DNA from: a phage | Assembly: GCA_028524385.1 (NCBI GenBank) | Contig: GCA_028524385.1_3661.2 | Length of the DNA: 52,202 nucleotides | Reading direction: 5' to 3' (one strand) | Part shown: one piece after another, positions 18,476 to 27,573 of the stretch | How the letters are laid out: each line of letters opens with the position of its first letter | Numbering within the stretch: the stretch's first letter is position 1 | Made by a program: the position numbers and the translations under genes | Notes under the pieces: model-generated | The model's database searches: none | The model's input: the letters and a program-made list of their open reading frames with translations, nothing else | What the model was told of the DNA's origin: nothing

Positions 18476-20454
18476 TTGTAAACAGTAATGAAACTAAAGC
18501 AGTACTAACCGGAAATATGGAGGTCACCAGGGGCTCAATTTCTCTGAACAAAGAGACTTTTGGGCTAATCATTAAAGGGATTTACGAAGATAAGGTGCTG
18601 GCAAGCTGCCGTGAACCAATCTTCAATGCTGTGGACTCCCATGTTGAGTCTGGACGGGGTGATGTACCGATCATCATTCACTCTCCTACAGACCTTGAAC
18701 CATACTTCTTTGTGCAGGACGTTGGATTGGGCATGTCGGAAGAGATGGTCCGCAACACTTTCATGAACCTCGGGGAGTCAACCAAGCGCAACAGCAACGC
18801 TCTGGTAGGTAATAAAGGTGTAGGTTCAAAGGCCCCGTTCAGCATGGTGGACACTTTCGATGTGATCAGTGTGCACAACGGTGTTGAAAGCACATATCTG
18901 TTGTTCTTGGATCAGGGTATCCCAAACGTTACCAAGATCCGCGAGCGAAAGACTGAAGAGCACAACGGGGTAAAAGTTCAGTTCCATGTTAAGAAAGAGC
19001 ATGTTCTGAAATATCGCACTGCTATTGCGTCATGCCTACGCTATGCAAAGTTTCCGTTTACCGTTACCGACCCTATGACCAGTAAGATGCTGGAAGGTGA
19101 CAAGGTTGAGGCGCAGTATCGCTACGAGAAAGATGGTTGGAAAATGACTATCCTGAAAGGTTATACCAGCTCTGATGAGAGCCGTGTGGTGATGGGACAC
19201 CAACCTTACCGCTCTAAGTTTCTGGAAACATTGACAGACTACCCTGCAATCTGTGTAGAGATCCCTATCGGGGATTGCAATATTAACCCTGGGCGCGAAT
19301 GGACCATAGAGGGGCACGACGATGGTGGATTCCAGGATCGCCTGGAGGCCTTTGTCAAAGAAGGTATACGTCTTCGTGGGGCAGAAGTTGTTGCGGAATT
19401 GGAGACAGCAAAAACATCCTCAGAAGCACGTGAGATGATGAAGAACAGTGGAGTGTTCGGACACATCTTCGGCAAAAACTTTATGTGGAACCGTTGGGAA
19501 GAAACAGGGCTTGGCGACTTAGGCGATTGTGAAATTTTCGCTGGCGGCTTAAATAAAGGCCGCATAGGCTATGCTCGTTACGGAAAGTCGGAGTTCTTAC
19601 GAGGTGTATACCTTGTATTTAACGACGGAGACGGCAAATATAACCGAAATAAGTGTAACTACTTAAGCGAGATCACCGGACGCAACGTTTTCTATTGCCG
19701 TAACACGGATCTGATGGAAGAGTTTAAAGAAGCGGCACACCACCCGTTCTTTGCAGATACGGTCAAATTGTTATCAGAGCTCCCTCGCCGTCCTGTAAAG
19801 AAAGGTGAAACAAAAACTCACTATGAGCCAGGGTATTGGGTTAAAAAACTTGAGAAAGATGGTTACTTCCGTCGTGAGCGTATTACTAAGGCAGAGTTCA
19901 AGAAGATTAAGCACTGCATTCCTTATGAGGGTGATATCCAACGTGGAAGTTGTTGGCTGGGACAGCTAAGTAACATCTACCAGCAAAATTATGACCGTGT
20001 GCGTGCGGCACTCCAGATTCCTGAAGGGGAAGATCTGTACCTGGTATCAGAATCTCGTCTGCTTTGGACTGATCCTGATTGCCAGTATGTTACAGAGAAA
20101 AATGTGGAACATTTGTTGAAAGAGGATGCCTGGAAATTCTTACTGACTCGCGCAGCAAATGAAACTTCATATGACAGCCTGTATAGACAATTAGGGAAAA
20201 TTATCCCCATGCAAGATTTTGGAAATTATCGGCCACATTTCCACAAGTGGGAAGGTAACACCGCGTGGAAGCACAGTGAGCTAAATCATCGTGCCAAAAT
20301 CTTAATCGCCAACCGAGTCAAGTGCGGGAAGGCCTATATTGCAAGATTGGAAAAGAAATATCCACTTTTGAAGCATGTGGGCTTGAAATATTGGGACACT
20401 CCTGCTATGATTGAATACCGTGAACTGATCGACGCAAAGAATAACACCAAATAA
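18472..20454 (+). CDS. GHKL-superfamily ATPase (Hsp90/MORC-like ATP-binding fold), function unknown
   Basis: N-box IFNAVDS, G1 box VQDVGLGMS, G2-like GNKGVGSKAPFSMVD in N-terminal 120 aa; 660 aa. Confidence 0.45.
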   Translation: MIVNSNETKAVLTGNMEVTRGSISLNKETFGLIIKGIYEDKVLASCREPIFNAVDSHVESGRGDVPIIIHSPTDLEPYFFVQDVGLGMSEEMVRNTFMNLGESTKRNSNALVGNKGVGSKAPFSMVDTFDVISVHNGVESTYLLFLDQGIPNVTKIRERKTEEHNGVKVQFHVKKEHVLKYRTAIASCLRYAKFPFTVTDPMTSKMLEGDKVEAQYRYEKDGWKMTILKGYTSSDESRVVMGHQPYRSKFLETLTDYPAICVEIPIGDCNINPGREWTIEGHDDGGFQDRLEAFVKEGIRLRGAEVVAELETAKTSSEAREMMKNSGVFGHIFGKNFMWNRWEETGLGDLGDCEIFAGGLNKGRIGYARYGKSEFLRGVYLVFNDGDGKYNRNKCNYLSEITGRNVFYCRNTDLMEEFKEAAHHPFFADTVKLLSELPRRPVKKGETKTHYEPGYWVKKLEKDGYFRRERITKAEFKKIKHCIPYEGDIQRGSCWLGQLSNIYQQNYDRVRAALQIPEGEDLYLVSESRLLWTDPDCQYVTEKNVEHLLKEDAWKFLLTRAANETSYDSLYRQLGKIIPMQDFGNYRPHFHKWEGNTAWKHSELNHRAKILIANRVKCGKAYIARLEKKYPLLKHVGLKYWDTPAMIEYRELIDAKNNTK

Positions 20455-20464
20455 GGAGACAGCT

Positions 20465-21670
20465 ATGATTTTCATCTACGAACATTTCAAAACTCGTAAA
20501 GAAGCACGCGACCGCCGTGCAGAACTTGAGAAGAAGGGTTTCACATGTGCTATTGAGAAAGGTACTACAACATGGACACTGGCAGTAGGTGCCCCAGAGC
20601 TGTTTGATCCTGACCGAGACAGTGTCTGCTATACCCGTGAGGATTTTGAAACCCGCGAAGAGGCACGTTTATTCCGCTACGGACTGGAAGACAACGGTAA
20701 GTACGCCATGATCTTAGATTCAGGTGAAGGTTCCGTTAAACGTTGGGGCGTGGTATACCCACTGTGTGTTGTTCACGGTGTGGGGTTCACTGGGGTAGCA
20801 ATCAAGTCAGAAGAACCTTTAGTAGAAGTCAAAGATCCGGTGCTGGAAGTGGTGAGCAGTGTGTCTCAGCAACAGTCTCGAAGCATCGAGCCTTTGGTAG
20901 TTATTTGCGGGGAACTCCTCCAGATCACCTGCAACGAAGGCATTTTTGAAATTCGCCGCAGCGAAAGTGAGGAAGTTTACCAGAAAGTCTTCGACCATAT
21001 TTCTGTTCAGGAATATGATGAGGCAATTGGTGAAATCCTTGTCTGGCTGGAACGCAAGAATGAGTTCACCACACTTGCAGACAACCTGATCATGAAAGAT
21101 GGTAAGCTCTACTACTACGGTGTAGAGATGCGATCCACCATTGCAAAGAAAATTGAGGAAGATTATGTAGATGGAACACTGGACGACCGATATGTTAAAT
21201 TCCTTGTCCGTCTGCTACGCAACCCGTCTGCAAAATCTGTGAACATGCTCTACGATTTCATGCAGGCTAATGACATCCAGGTTGCAGAAGATGGTCGAAT
21301 CATTTGCTATAAGGGGGTTCAGTTTAACGGGAGCAGGTGGGTGGATTGGCACAGCGGTAAAGTTCCACAATACCAGGGTGCTTTTGTGTCCATGCCTCGT
21401 AACTTTGTAGAAGATGATCCGGAAGCTGCGTGTTCTTATGGCCTGCACTGCGCCAGCAAAGAGTATGCAGCGGGCTATGGCACTGTAATGATGGTTATGG
21501 TTGACCCTGCGGATGTGGTTAGTGTGCCATACCAACACAACAGTGCTAAGTGCCGTGCATGCCGCTACGAAATCGTAGCAGCACCGGAATCACGCAAAGA
21601 TGGCGATCCGATTGAATACGTAGTTGACCGTGATGGTAACATCATCGACATTATCTACGAGGAGGCGTAA
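20465..21670 (+). CDS. hypothetical protein with N-terminal tandem repeats
   Basis: 401 aa; two about 35-aa repeats (TRKEARDRRAELEKKGF... / TREEARLFRYGLEDNGK...) at N-terminus; SD aaggag. Confidence 0.45.
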   Translation: MIFIYEHFKTRKEARDRRAELEKKGFTCAIEKGTTTWTLAVGAPELFDPDRDSVCYTREDFETREEARLFRYGLEDNGKYAMILDSGEGSVKRWGVVYPLCVVHGVGFTGVAIKSEEPLVEVKDPVLEVVSSVSQQQSRSIEPLVVICGELLQITCNEGIFEIRRSESEEVYQKVFDHISVQEYDEAIGEILVWLERKNEFTTLADNLIMKDGKLYYYGVEMRSTIAKKIEEDYVDGTLDDRYVKFLVRLLRNPSAKSVNMLYDFMQANDIQVAEDGRIICYKGVQFNGSRWVDWHSGKVPQYQGAFVSMPRNFVEDDPEAACSYGLHCASKEYAAGYGTVMMVMVDPADVVSVPYQHNSAKCRACRYEIVAAPESRKDGDPIEYVVDRDGNIIDIIYEEA

Positions 21671-23040
21671 TGGAAAAAGGGCAGTATGACGTAGGCACAG
21701 ATGCTGCCCTCATTGCAATCATGAGCGGTGAGAATGTCTTCGTTTCAGGACCTGCAGGTTGTGGGAAGACGTATCTCATCAACATGATCCAGTCAATGTA
21801 TGGAGACTCTTGCATAACGGTTGCCCCGACAGGGGTAGCCGCTTTAAACGTTAATGGAGCAACAGCACACCGAACATTCGATCTTGCAGCAGGTGTGAGC
21901 ATGGAGTCGGACTGGACTGCAATAAGGGCAAAAACAGCAAAGCCTTTGAAAAGCAAGGCATTTACCATCCTAATTATCGATGAAATCTCTATGATCCGTG
22001 CTGATAAGTTTATAGAGATGGATAGGAAACTCCGCTTCCTTCGAAAAAATGACAAACCTTTCGGAGGCATACAGGTCATATTGTTTGGCGATTTTTACCA
22101 AGCACCTCCTGTTGTCTCTTCTATGGAGAAGGAAGCCTACTTCAACTTCTACCATACGGACCTGTGTTGCTATACCGAATCTTGGAAAGAACTTGACCTC
22201 CACAACATAGCCCTAGTAGATCAGTTCCGACAGGAGTCTATTCGATTTGCCACAATGCTCAACTGTGTTCGTGAGGGTCGTCGCATAAAAGAGGTTGTAG
22301 CAGAACTTAATGCTCGTTGTTACAAAGGCGGTGTACCAACAGACGCTCTCACAATTTGCGCCACCAACAAACAAGCGGAGGAAGTGAACAGAAGGTTCTA
22401 TGATGCCATCAACGCCCCAGAAAAGGTATACACTGGTGAAATGAAGGGTAAGTTTCCCTCCACCCTGCCAGTTGAGCAGGAGATGAAGTTGAAAATTGGC
22501 ATGAAAGTTATGATAACCGCCAACGATGTTGACCCGACGCACAAAGTACCTTATTATGTTAACGGAACACGTGCCACAATTGTTAAATTTAAGAACAAGG
22601 CGGTGGTGGTAGAGCTTGAAGATGGAACACAGGTTGACATAGAACAGAGGTTGTGGGAGAATAACGAGTATAAGCCATCTCAAAGATACAACATTGCAGA
22701 AAGGAAGATGGAGAAGTTTATAGAGAGGGTAGTGATTGGATCATACAAGCAACTTCCTCTGAAATCTGGGTATGCCGTAACATCTCATAAAAGTCAAGGA
22801 CTTACGCTAGATTGTTACAACCTGGACCTTGGAAAGAACGGAGCTTTCTCTCCTGGGATGACGTATGTTGCTTTGAGTCGAGTTAAGACAATACAAGGGA
22901 TAAACTTGTTGCGTCCACTAAGAGAAGTTGATATTATTGTTGACCCGAGAGTCGTAGAGTTTTACAATACAACATTCCCTGACTTAGACAAAATTGTCAG
23001 GAAAGATTTTGAAACCAGAGCAGAAGAGGGGGACGTATGA
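21670..23040 (+). CDS. SF1B DNA helicase (Pif1/RecD/Dda-like)
   Basis: Walker A GPAGCGKT, motif II IIDEISM, motif III ILFGDFYQAPPV, motif V GYAVTSHKSQGLTLD, motif VI YVALSRV. Confidence 0.75.
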   Translation: MEKGQYDVGTDAALIAIMSGENVFVSGPAGCGKTYLINMIQSMYGDSCITVAPTGVAALNVNGATAHRTFDLAAGVSMESDWTAIRAKTAKPLKSKAFTILIIDEISMIRADKFIEMDRKLRFLRKNDKPFGGIQVILFGDFYQAPPVVSSMEKEAYFNFYHTDLCCYTESWKELDLHNIALVDQFRQESIRFATMLNCVREGRRIKEVVAELNARCYKGGVPTDALTICATNKQAEEVNRRFYDAINAPEKVYTGEMKGKFPSTLPVEQEMKLKIGMKVMITANDVDPTHKVPYYVNGTRATIVKFKNKAVVVELEDGTQVDIEQRLWENNEYKPSQRYNIAERKMEKFIERVVIGSYKQLPLKSGYAVTSHKSQGLTLDCYNLDLGKNGAFSPGMTYVALSRVKTIQGINLLRPLREVDIIVDPRVVEFYNTTFPDLDKIVRKDFETRAEEGDV

Positions 23041-23378
23041 GTTTGTGGAGAAATATAGTTAACTACGTGTGTGGCAATCCAACTCCTGAAGAGAAGGATG
23101 TTGTGATTCACGATTTTACTAAAAGATCTCGTGAAAAAGACCTACTGCTAACAAAGGTGACTGATAAAGATCCTGCAGTAGGGGACTGGGCAGGTTTTGC
23201 GTTTACATCGGACAAATACACCTTTAACAAAGGTGACTATCTTGTTGTAGATTTTAACGAAGACATTGATGGTGCTGAACCTTACTATCAGACCCTTATT
23301 ATTGCAGGGTGCGTTGATCTCTCTGCAGGCATGCACAGTTTGATTCTTTTTGAGCTTGACTCTGAAGACCTTCAGTAG
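23037..23378 (+). CDS. hypothetical protein
   Basis: 113-aa ORF, start overlaps helicase stop. Confidence 0.4.
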   Translation: MSLWRNIVNYVCGNPTPEEKDVVIHDFTKRSREKDLLLTKVTDKDPAVGDWAGFAFTSDKYTFNKGDYLVVDFNEDIDGAEPYYQTLIIAGCVDLSAGMHSLILFELDSEDLQ

Positions 23379-23438
23379 TAAGATGTTAGTCTAAAGGGGA
23401 GGCACTCCTCCCCACAAAAACTAAGGAAGCACTAAACG

Positions 23439-23741
23439 ATGAAACGTTATAAACCGTACACTTTTGAAATCGATTTCGAACTTGACGATATGTTTACTGT
23501 GGAAGCTCAAGCAGTTGTCCAGTTGCCAGACTCGGAGTGCCGTGACTCTGATGTTGACTATTACGGATTTAGACAAATTACCGATGTGCGTGTTTACCAC
23601 AACGGTGAAGAGGTGGACTTCCACCAACTGCCAAACGATATGCGCCACTCAATTTACAAACGTGCAGCCCGTGAACTAGAGTCCTATCTGGATGCAGCGA
23701 CGACAGCAGCTGCATTTGCTGAAGAAGTTGGAGGTTTCTGA
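23439..23741 (+). CDS. hypothetical protein
   Basis: 100-aa ORF preceded by GC hairpin, CA-rich leader and SD aaggaag. Confidence 0.45.
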   Translation: MKRYKPYTFEIDFELDDMFTVEAQAVVQLPDSECRDSDVDYYGFRQITDVRVYHNGEEVDFHQLPNDMRHSIYKRAARELESYLDAATTAAAFAEEVGGF

Positions 23742-24136
23742 TGATTACAGGTGTGAAGATTATCCAATACCACTTAACCAAATTAGAAGATGCTGAAAAA
23801 GAGCTTGCAGAAGTTCTGAATAGTGGATATACTTTGCTATCATGCGCCTGCTCAGATACCTACGCTGTGTGGACACTTATCCGGAAGGAAGAGCCTGCAT
23901 GGACCTTGGTGCCAAACCCTAAGATTATTAGTGAGGTGGATGACTACCCTCAGGACGGCCTACCAGAAGACTGGGAAGTATGGGAAGGTGGTGAAAACCC
24001 TGCACCAGGTAAGTGGGTAAAATATAAACTACGTGGTGGTGCACAGTACGCTGACTACTCTGATAACCTAGACTGGAGTCATTCTTCACTAGGATCGTCT
24101 GCAAGTTCATATGATATCGTTGCTTTTCAGGAATAA
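23741..24136 (+). CDS. hypothetical protein
   Basis: 131-aa ORF, overlapping stop/start. Confidence 0.4.
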   Translation: MITGVKIIQYHLTKLEDAEKELAEVLNSGYTLLSCACSDTYAVWTLIRKEEPAWTLVPNPKIISEVDDYPQDGLPEDWEVWEGGENPAPGKWVKYKLRGGAQYADYSDNLDWSHSSLGSSASSYDIVAFQE

Positions 24137-24148
24137 GGAGAAGGTGGT

Positions 24149-24631
24149 ATGTCAGATTTTATGTGGAAAGTTGGTTATTCCTCCCCTGAAATGTGTAAGG
24201 CCTGTTTTGTGAAAATAGGTCGCGAAGATATCGACAAAGTGATCCTTAAGTTTCGTGATGTGGCTGTGATCGGCAACCGAGTGCTTAAGCACTTAAAGAA
24301 TCTGAAGCTCACCAAAAAGAAATTCTTCGGACTTTTCGAAGAGAAAGTTGATGCTTGGACCCATTGCATTCAGGAAGCTAAATCTCACTACAGTGCTATC
24401 GTTACCCCAGAACGGGTAGCCAAGATGGAAGGACTCATCAACAGCACAGAGTTTGAGTGTCTGAAAGCTGCGCTCGATAGTTATCCGAAATGCCTCAAGC
24501 ACTTGGACAAGTATGTAGAAAAGGATGGGGAAATGTATCTCACCCTGGACGCATACTATGAGATGCAAGAAATTTTAAATTTAGATTTGACATTGGTATC
24601 CACCGAGTATACAATAGGTATCCGGGTTTAA
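24149..24631 (+). CDS. hypothetical protein
   Basis: 160-aa ORF with SD aaggag. Confidence 0.4.
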   Translation: MSDFMWKVGYSSPEMCKACFVKIGREDIDKVILKFRDVAVIGNRVLKHLKNLKLTKKKFFGLFEEKVDAWTHCIQEAKSHYSAIVTPERVAKMEGLINSTEFECLKAALDSYPKCLKHLDKYVEKDGEMYLTLDAYYEMQEILNLDLTLVSTEYTIGIRV

Positions 24632-24637
24632 CACTAG

Positions 24638-24665
24638 GCCCTGCCCGAAAGGGTGGGGCTTTTTG
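24638..24665 (+). terminator. intrinsic terminator
   Basis: gccctgccc-gaaa-gggtggggc followed by ttttt; same hairpin sequence reused at 36029. Confidence 0.7.
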
Positions 24666-24682
24666 CATTAGGAGACAGCAAA

Positions 24683-25447
24683 TTGAAATTTATCTACAAA
24701 GAACACTACCACAAAGGTGTTGTGTGGAGTCTATTTGACGGGTCTGGTGGTGCAGTCATTGACTGGGCAAAAGCTGGGTACCTGTGCCTGTGCTTTAATG
24801 CAGAAGGTGCTGATCACGGCAGTTATGCAGAGGTGATAACCGATCATCCCAACATTTACTATGTGGATTATTGGATTGACCCATGGTTCCCTCAGGAAAC
24901 TTTTTGCATGTACCCAGCTCCAGACTTTATTCTTGCATTTCCTCCGTGCACGCATTTAGCGGTATCAGGTGCTGCACATTTTAAGAAAAAGCTGGCTAAG
25001 GACCCTATGATCCAAATTAATGCTGTAAAGGATGCTCGGGTTGCGGAAGAGCTGGGAGAGATTTACGATTGCCCGTGGCATGTAGAGAATCCTGTAGGTG
25101 TTATGTCCACACTGTGGCGCAAACCTGATTACCGTTTTCATCCTTCTGACTATGGCGGGTATTTACCGGAGGATGATGTAAACCCTTGGTTTCCTGAATT
25201 TATAGCTCCACGCGATGCCTATCCAAAAATAACTTGCGGCTGGATAGGTAATGGATTTATAATCCCGGCCACAAAACCTGTCCCGCAAATAGTTGACGCG
25301 GTTAGCGGGTATTCCATGCAACACGCTAAGCTAGGTGGAAAAAGTGCAAGGACGAAGATGATTCGAAGCCTCACACCCCGTGGCTGGGCAAAAGCCGTAT
25401 TCTTAGCAAACGAGCCTGTAGTAAGGAGCAGAATTAATGGGAAGTAA
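24683..25447 (+). CDS. DNA C5-cytosine-methyltransferase-like protein (short, no obvious target-recognition domain)
   Basis: Motif I SLFDGSGG, motif IV FPPC with catalytic Cys, motif VI VENPVG in canonical order; likely TTG start at 24683 with SD aggaga (track start 24653 lies inside the terminator hairpin). Confidence 0.4.
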   Translation: MKFIYKEHYHKGVVWSLFDGSGGAVIDWAKAGYLCLCFNAEGADHGSYAEVITDHPNIYYVDYWIDPWFPQETFCMYPAPDFILAFPPCTHLAVSGAAHFKKKLAKDPMIQINAVKDARVAEELGEIYDCPWHVENPVGVMSTLWRKPDYRFHPSDYGGYLPEDDVNPWFPEFIAPRDAYPKITCGWIGNGFIIPATKPVPQIVDAVSGYSMQHAKLGGKSARTKMIRSLTPRGWAKAVFLANEPVVRSRINGK

Positions 25448-27515
25448 ATTTATGGCATCTGCATATAACCGTTTCGGTGAGCCAAACCCGAAAGCAACTA
25501 AGTATAAAAGTGGGGGAAGTGTGAAACGAGACTATCGTGATGAAAAAGAGGTTGAAACTGTAGAGACTGTTTTAGAAAATACTAAAATCGTCCCTGTCCC
25601 ACAACAAAATATCGGTCTGATGGCTGCACAATATTTTGGTGTGCGATCAGCATTGTCCCAAGAAGACGGTGTGACAGTTACTGCAACATATTTCCCATAT
25701 TACGACCGCTACGGGAATCTGTCCGGTTTCAAAAAGCGTGACTGGACGATCCCCAAAGAGCAACGTGGGCACTTTACGACGGTTGGGATCGTAAAGGCTA
25801 ACTCCCAAATGTTTGGGCAAAAGCTGTGTGCATCTTCTAACAACCGTAAGCAGATTAACGTTTGTGAGGGGGAAGGCGATGTTATTGCAGCATGGCAGGC
25901 TGCATATCAGATACAAGTAAAAGGGATTCTCACCAACGCTAAAGCCCCGGCAAAGGTGAAACAGTGGGCTAAAGAGGTCCAGGACGGGATCGATGCAGTT
26001 ATCAACGGGGGTGATCTGGCAGGAAAACCCTGCCTACCTTTTGTTGGAATTAACTGTGGATGTGCAAACGCAGTAGATACTTTTGCAAACAATGAGAAAT
26101 TTATCCGTAGCTACGGAACAGTGGTCCTTGCAATGGACAACGATGCAGCTAACGAGGTAGAGAAGCAAAAACACGTTATCAAAGGTGTTGAAGCCACACA
26201 TAATATCGCGGCATTTTTGATGGCTGATAACGTTTACCACGTGGAATACCCCAGCGAGGTAAACGACCCTGACGGTGTAAAAGATATCCGTGACATGCTG
26301 AAGGCTAAAAAGCTGGAAGATATTGTCAACATGTTCCGTCACCCAGTCAAATATGTGCCCGATGCTGTATCTGATTTAGAAGACTTCTCCATTGAATCTC
26401 TTCGTAAGAAGACTTCTAATGGCGTAGATATCAGCGCGGAGTTCCCTAAATTGCAGAAGATGCTGAAAGGACTCCACAAAGGCACCTTGATGATGCTGAC
26501 AGGCCCATCTGGCGGTGGTAAAACAACTGTAGCCAAGAAACTAGAGCACTGCATTGCAAAATACTTGATGGATCCGACATGCCCTAAAGCCGATGATTAT
26601 GAAGAGGATGATCGCCTGTGTCTGATTCACCTTGAAGAGGACCCTGAGGAAGCAATTAACTCTCTATACGCCAACCAGTTGGGGTTTGATGTTAAAGAGT
26701 TTGTTGAAGACCCTAGTCAGTTCCTGACTGATCAGGAGCATGCTGAGATTCACCAATCTTGGGCCAAGGCTGGAAAAATCAAAGTGTTCAAGCATTTTGG
26801 GTCTATTCCTGTAGATGAGTTGATCACTAAGCTTAAACAAATGGTGTGTCTGTATCACTGCCGTTATATTGTGCTGGATCACCTGTCCATGGTAATTTCA
26901 GGGCTTAATGTTAAGGATGAGCGCAAAGAACTTGACATGGCTATGACGCAACTAGCCGCGTTCTGTAAGCAGTTTAATGTATTTATCTTGGTGATCGCTC
27001 ACCTGAAACGCACAGAGATTGTGCCTCCAAAGGACAAGGATGGGAATCCGTTACCTTTTTGGTATCCTGTACGAAAAGAGAACCTTCGGGGTAGTGCCGG
27101 ATTGGAGCAACTTAGCTGGGTAGTTGTTGGGGTGGAGGCAGAAGAGATGGTGGATCGTTCCCGTGGACGTGTCCGACTGGTAGGTCTTAAAAACCGCCCA
27201 GCAAAAACGTTAGGCATTGCGGATACCTTAGTTATGGATCCCCACACAGGTAAGTTCCATGATGCCAGCAACTGGTACTGGGACAAAGAAATGCAGATGT
27301 TCACAGACGGCGAAGGTGGGGAGGTTGTTTGGAGACCTCAAGCTATGTTTGAGGATCAAGAGCACGCAGTTGTAGAAACACCTGTAGGTAGGGTTGTGGC
27401 TGATAAGGTTGTAACTCCTACTGTTAACCCTGTTGACACACAAGAAGACCTTCCGTATGATGATCCGTCCTCTGACCCTGTTCCAGGTTTTGAAGACGAT
27501 GAAACACCTTTTTAA
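25437..27515 (+). CDS. primase-helicase (TOPRIM primase + DnaB-like helicase, T7 gp4-like architecture)
   Basis: TOPRIM EGEGD and MDND motifs in N-terminal half; Walker A GPSGGGKTT and RecA-like helicase core in C-terminal half; acidic C-terminal tail ending DDETPF. Confidence 0.65.
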   Translation: MGSKFMASAYNRFGEPNPKATKYKSGGSVKRDYRDEKEVETVETVLENTKIVPVPQQNIGLMAAQYFGVRSALSQEDGVTVTATYFPYYDRYGNLSGFKKRDWTIPKEQRGHFTTVGIVKANSQMFGQKLCASSNNRKQINVCEGEGDVIAAWQAAYQIQVKGILTNAKAPAKVKQWAKEVQDGIDAVINGGDLAGKPCLPFVGINCGCANAVDTFANNEKFIRSYGTVVLAMDNDAANEVEKQKHVIKGVEATHNIAAFLMADNVYHVEYPSEVNDPDGVKDIRDMLKAKKLEDIVNMFRHPVKYVPDAVSDLEDFSIESLRKKTSNGVDISAEFPKLQKMLKGLHKGTLMMLTGPSGGGKTTVAKKLEHCIAKYLMDPTCPKADDYEEDDRLCLIHLEEDPEEAINSLYANQLGFDVKEFVEDPSQFLTDQEHAEIHQSWAKAGKIKVFKHFGSIPVDELITKLKQMVCLYHCRYIVLDHLSMVISGLNVKDERKELDMAMTQLAAFCKQFNVFILVIAHLKRTEIVPPKDKDGNPLPFWYPVRKENLRGSAGLEQLSWVVVGVEAEEMVDRSRGRVRLVGLKNRPAKTLGIADTLVMDPHTGKFHDASNWYWDKEMQMFTDGEGGEVVWRPQAMFEDQEHAVVETPVGRVVADKVVTPTVNPVDTQEDLPYDDPSSDPVPGFEDDETPF

Positions 27516-27573
27516 TGTTTAACCAAGAGTGGGAGGGGTAGTACAACCGCCTCCCCTTTAAGGAGAACTGTAT

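Noticed and set aside
23385-23412. Hairpin ggggagg-cac-tcctcccc at 23386-23405 and the similar one at 27527-27550 as intrinsic terminators
   Set aside because: Each is followed by an A/C-rich leader and SD rather than a U-tract, so they fit the 5'-UTR hairpin class better; partial terminator activity not excluded.
24653-24682. Track start of the methyltransferase-like ORF at 24653
   Set aside because: That position is inside the terminator hairpin 24638-24659; the in-frame TTG at 24683 preceded by aggaga is more plausible.
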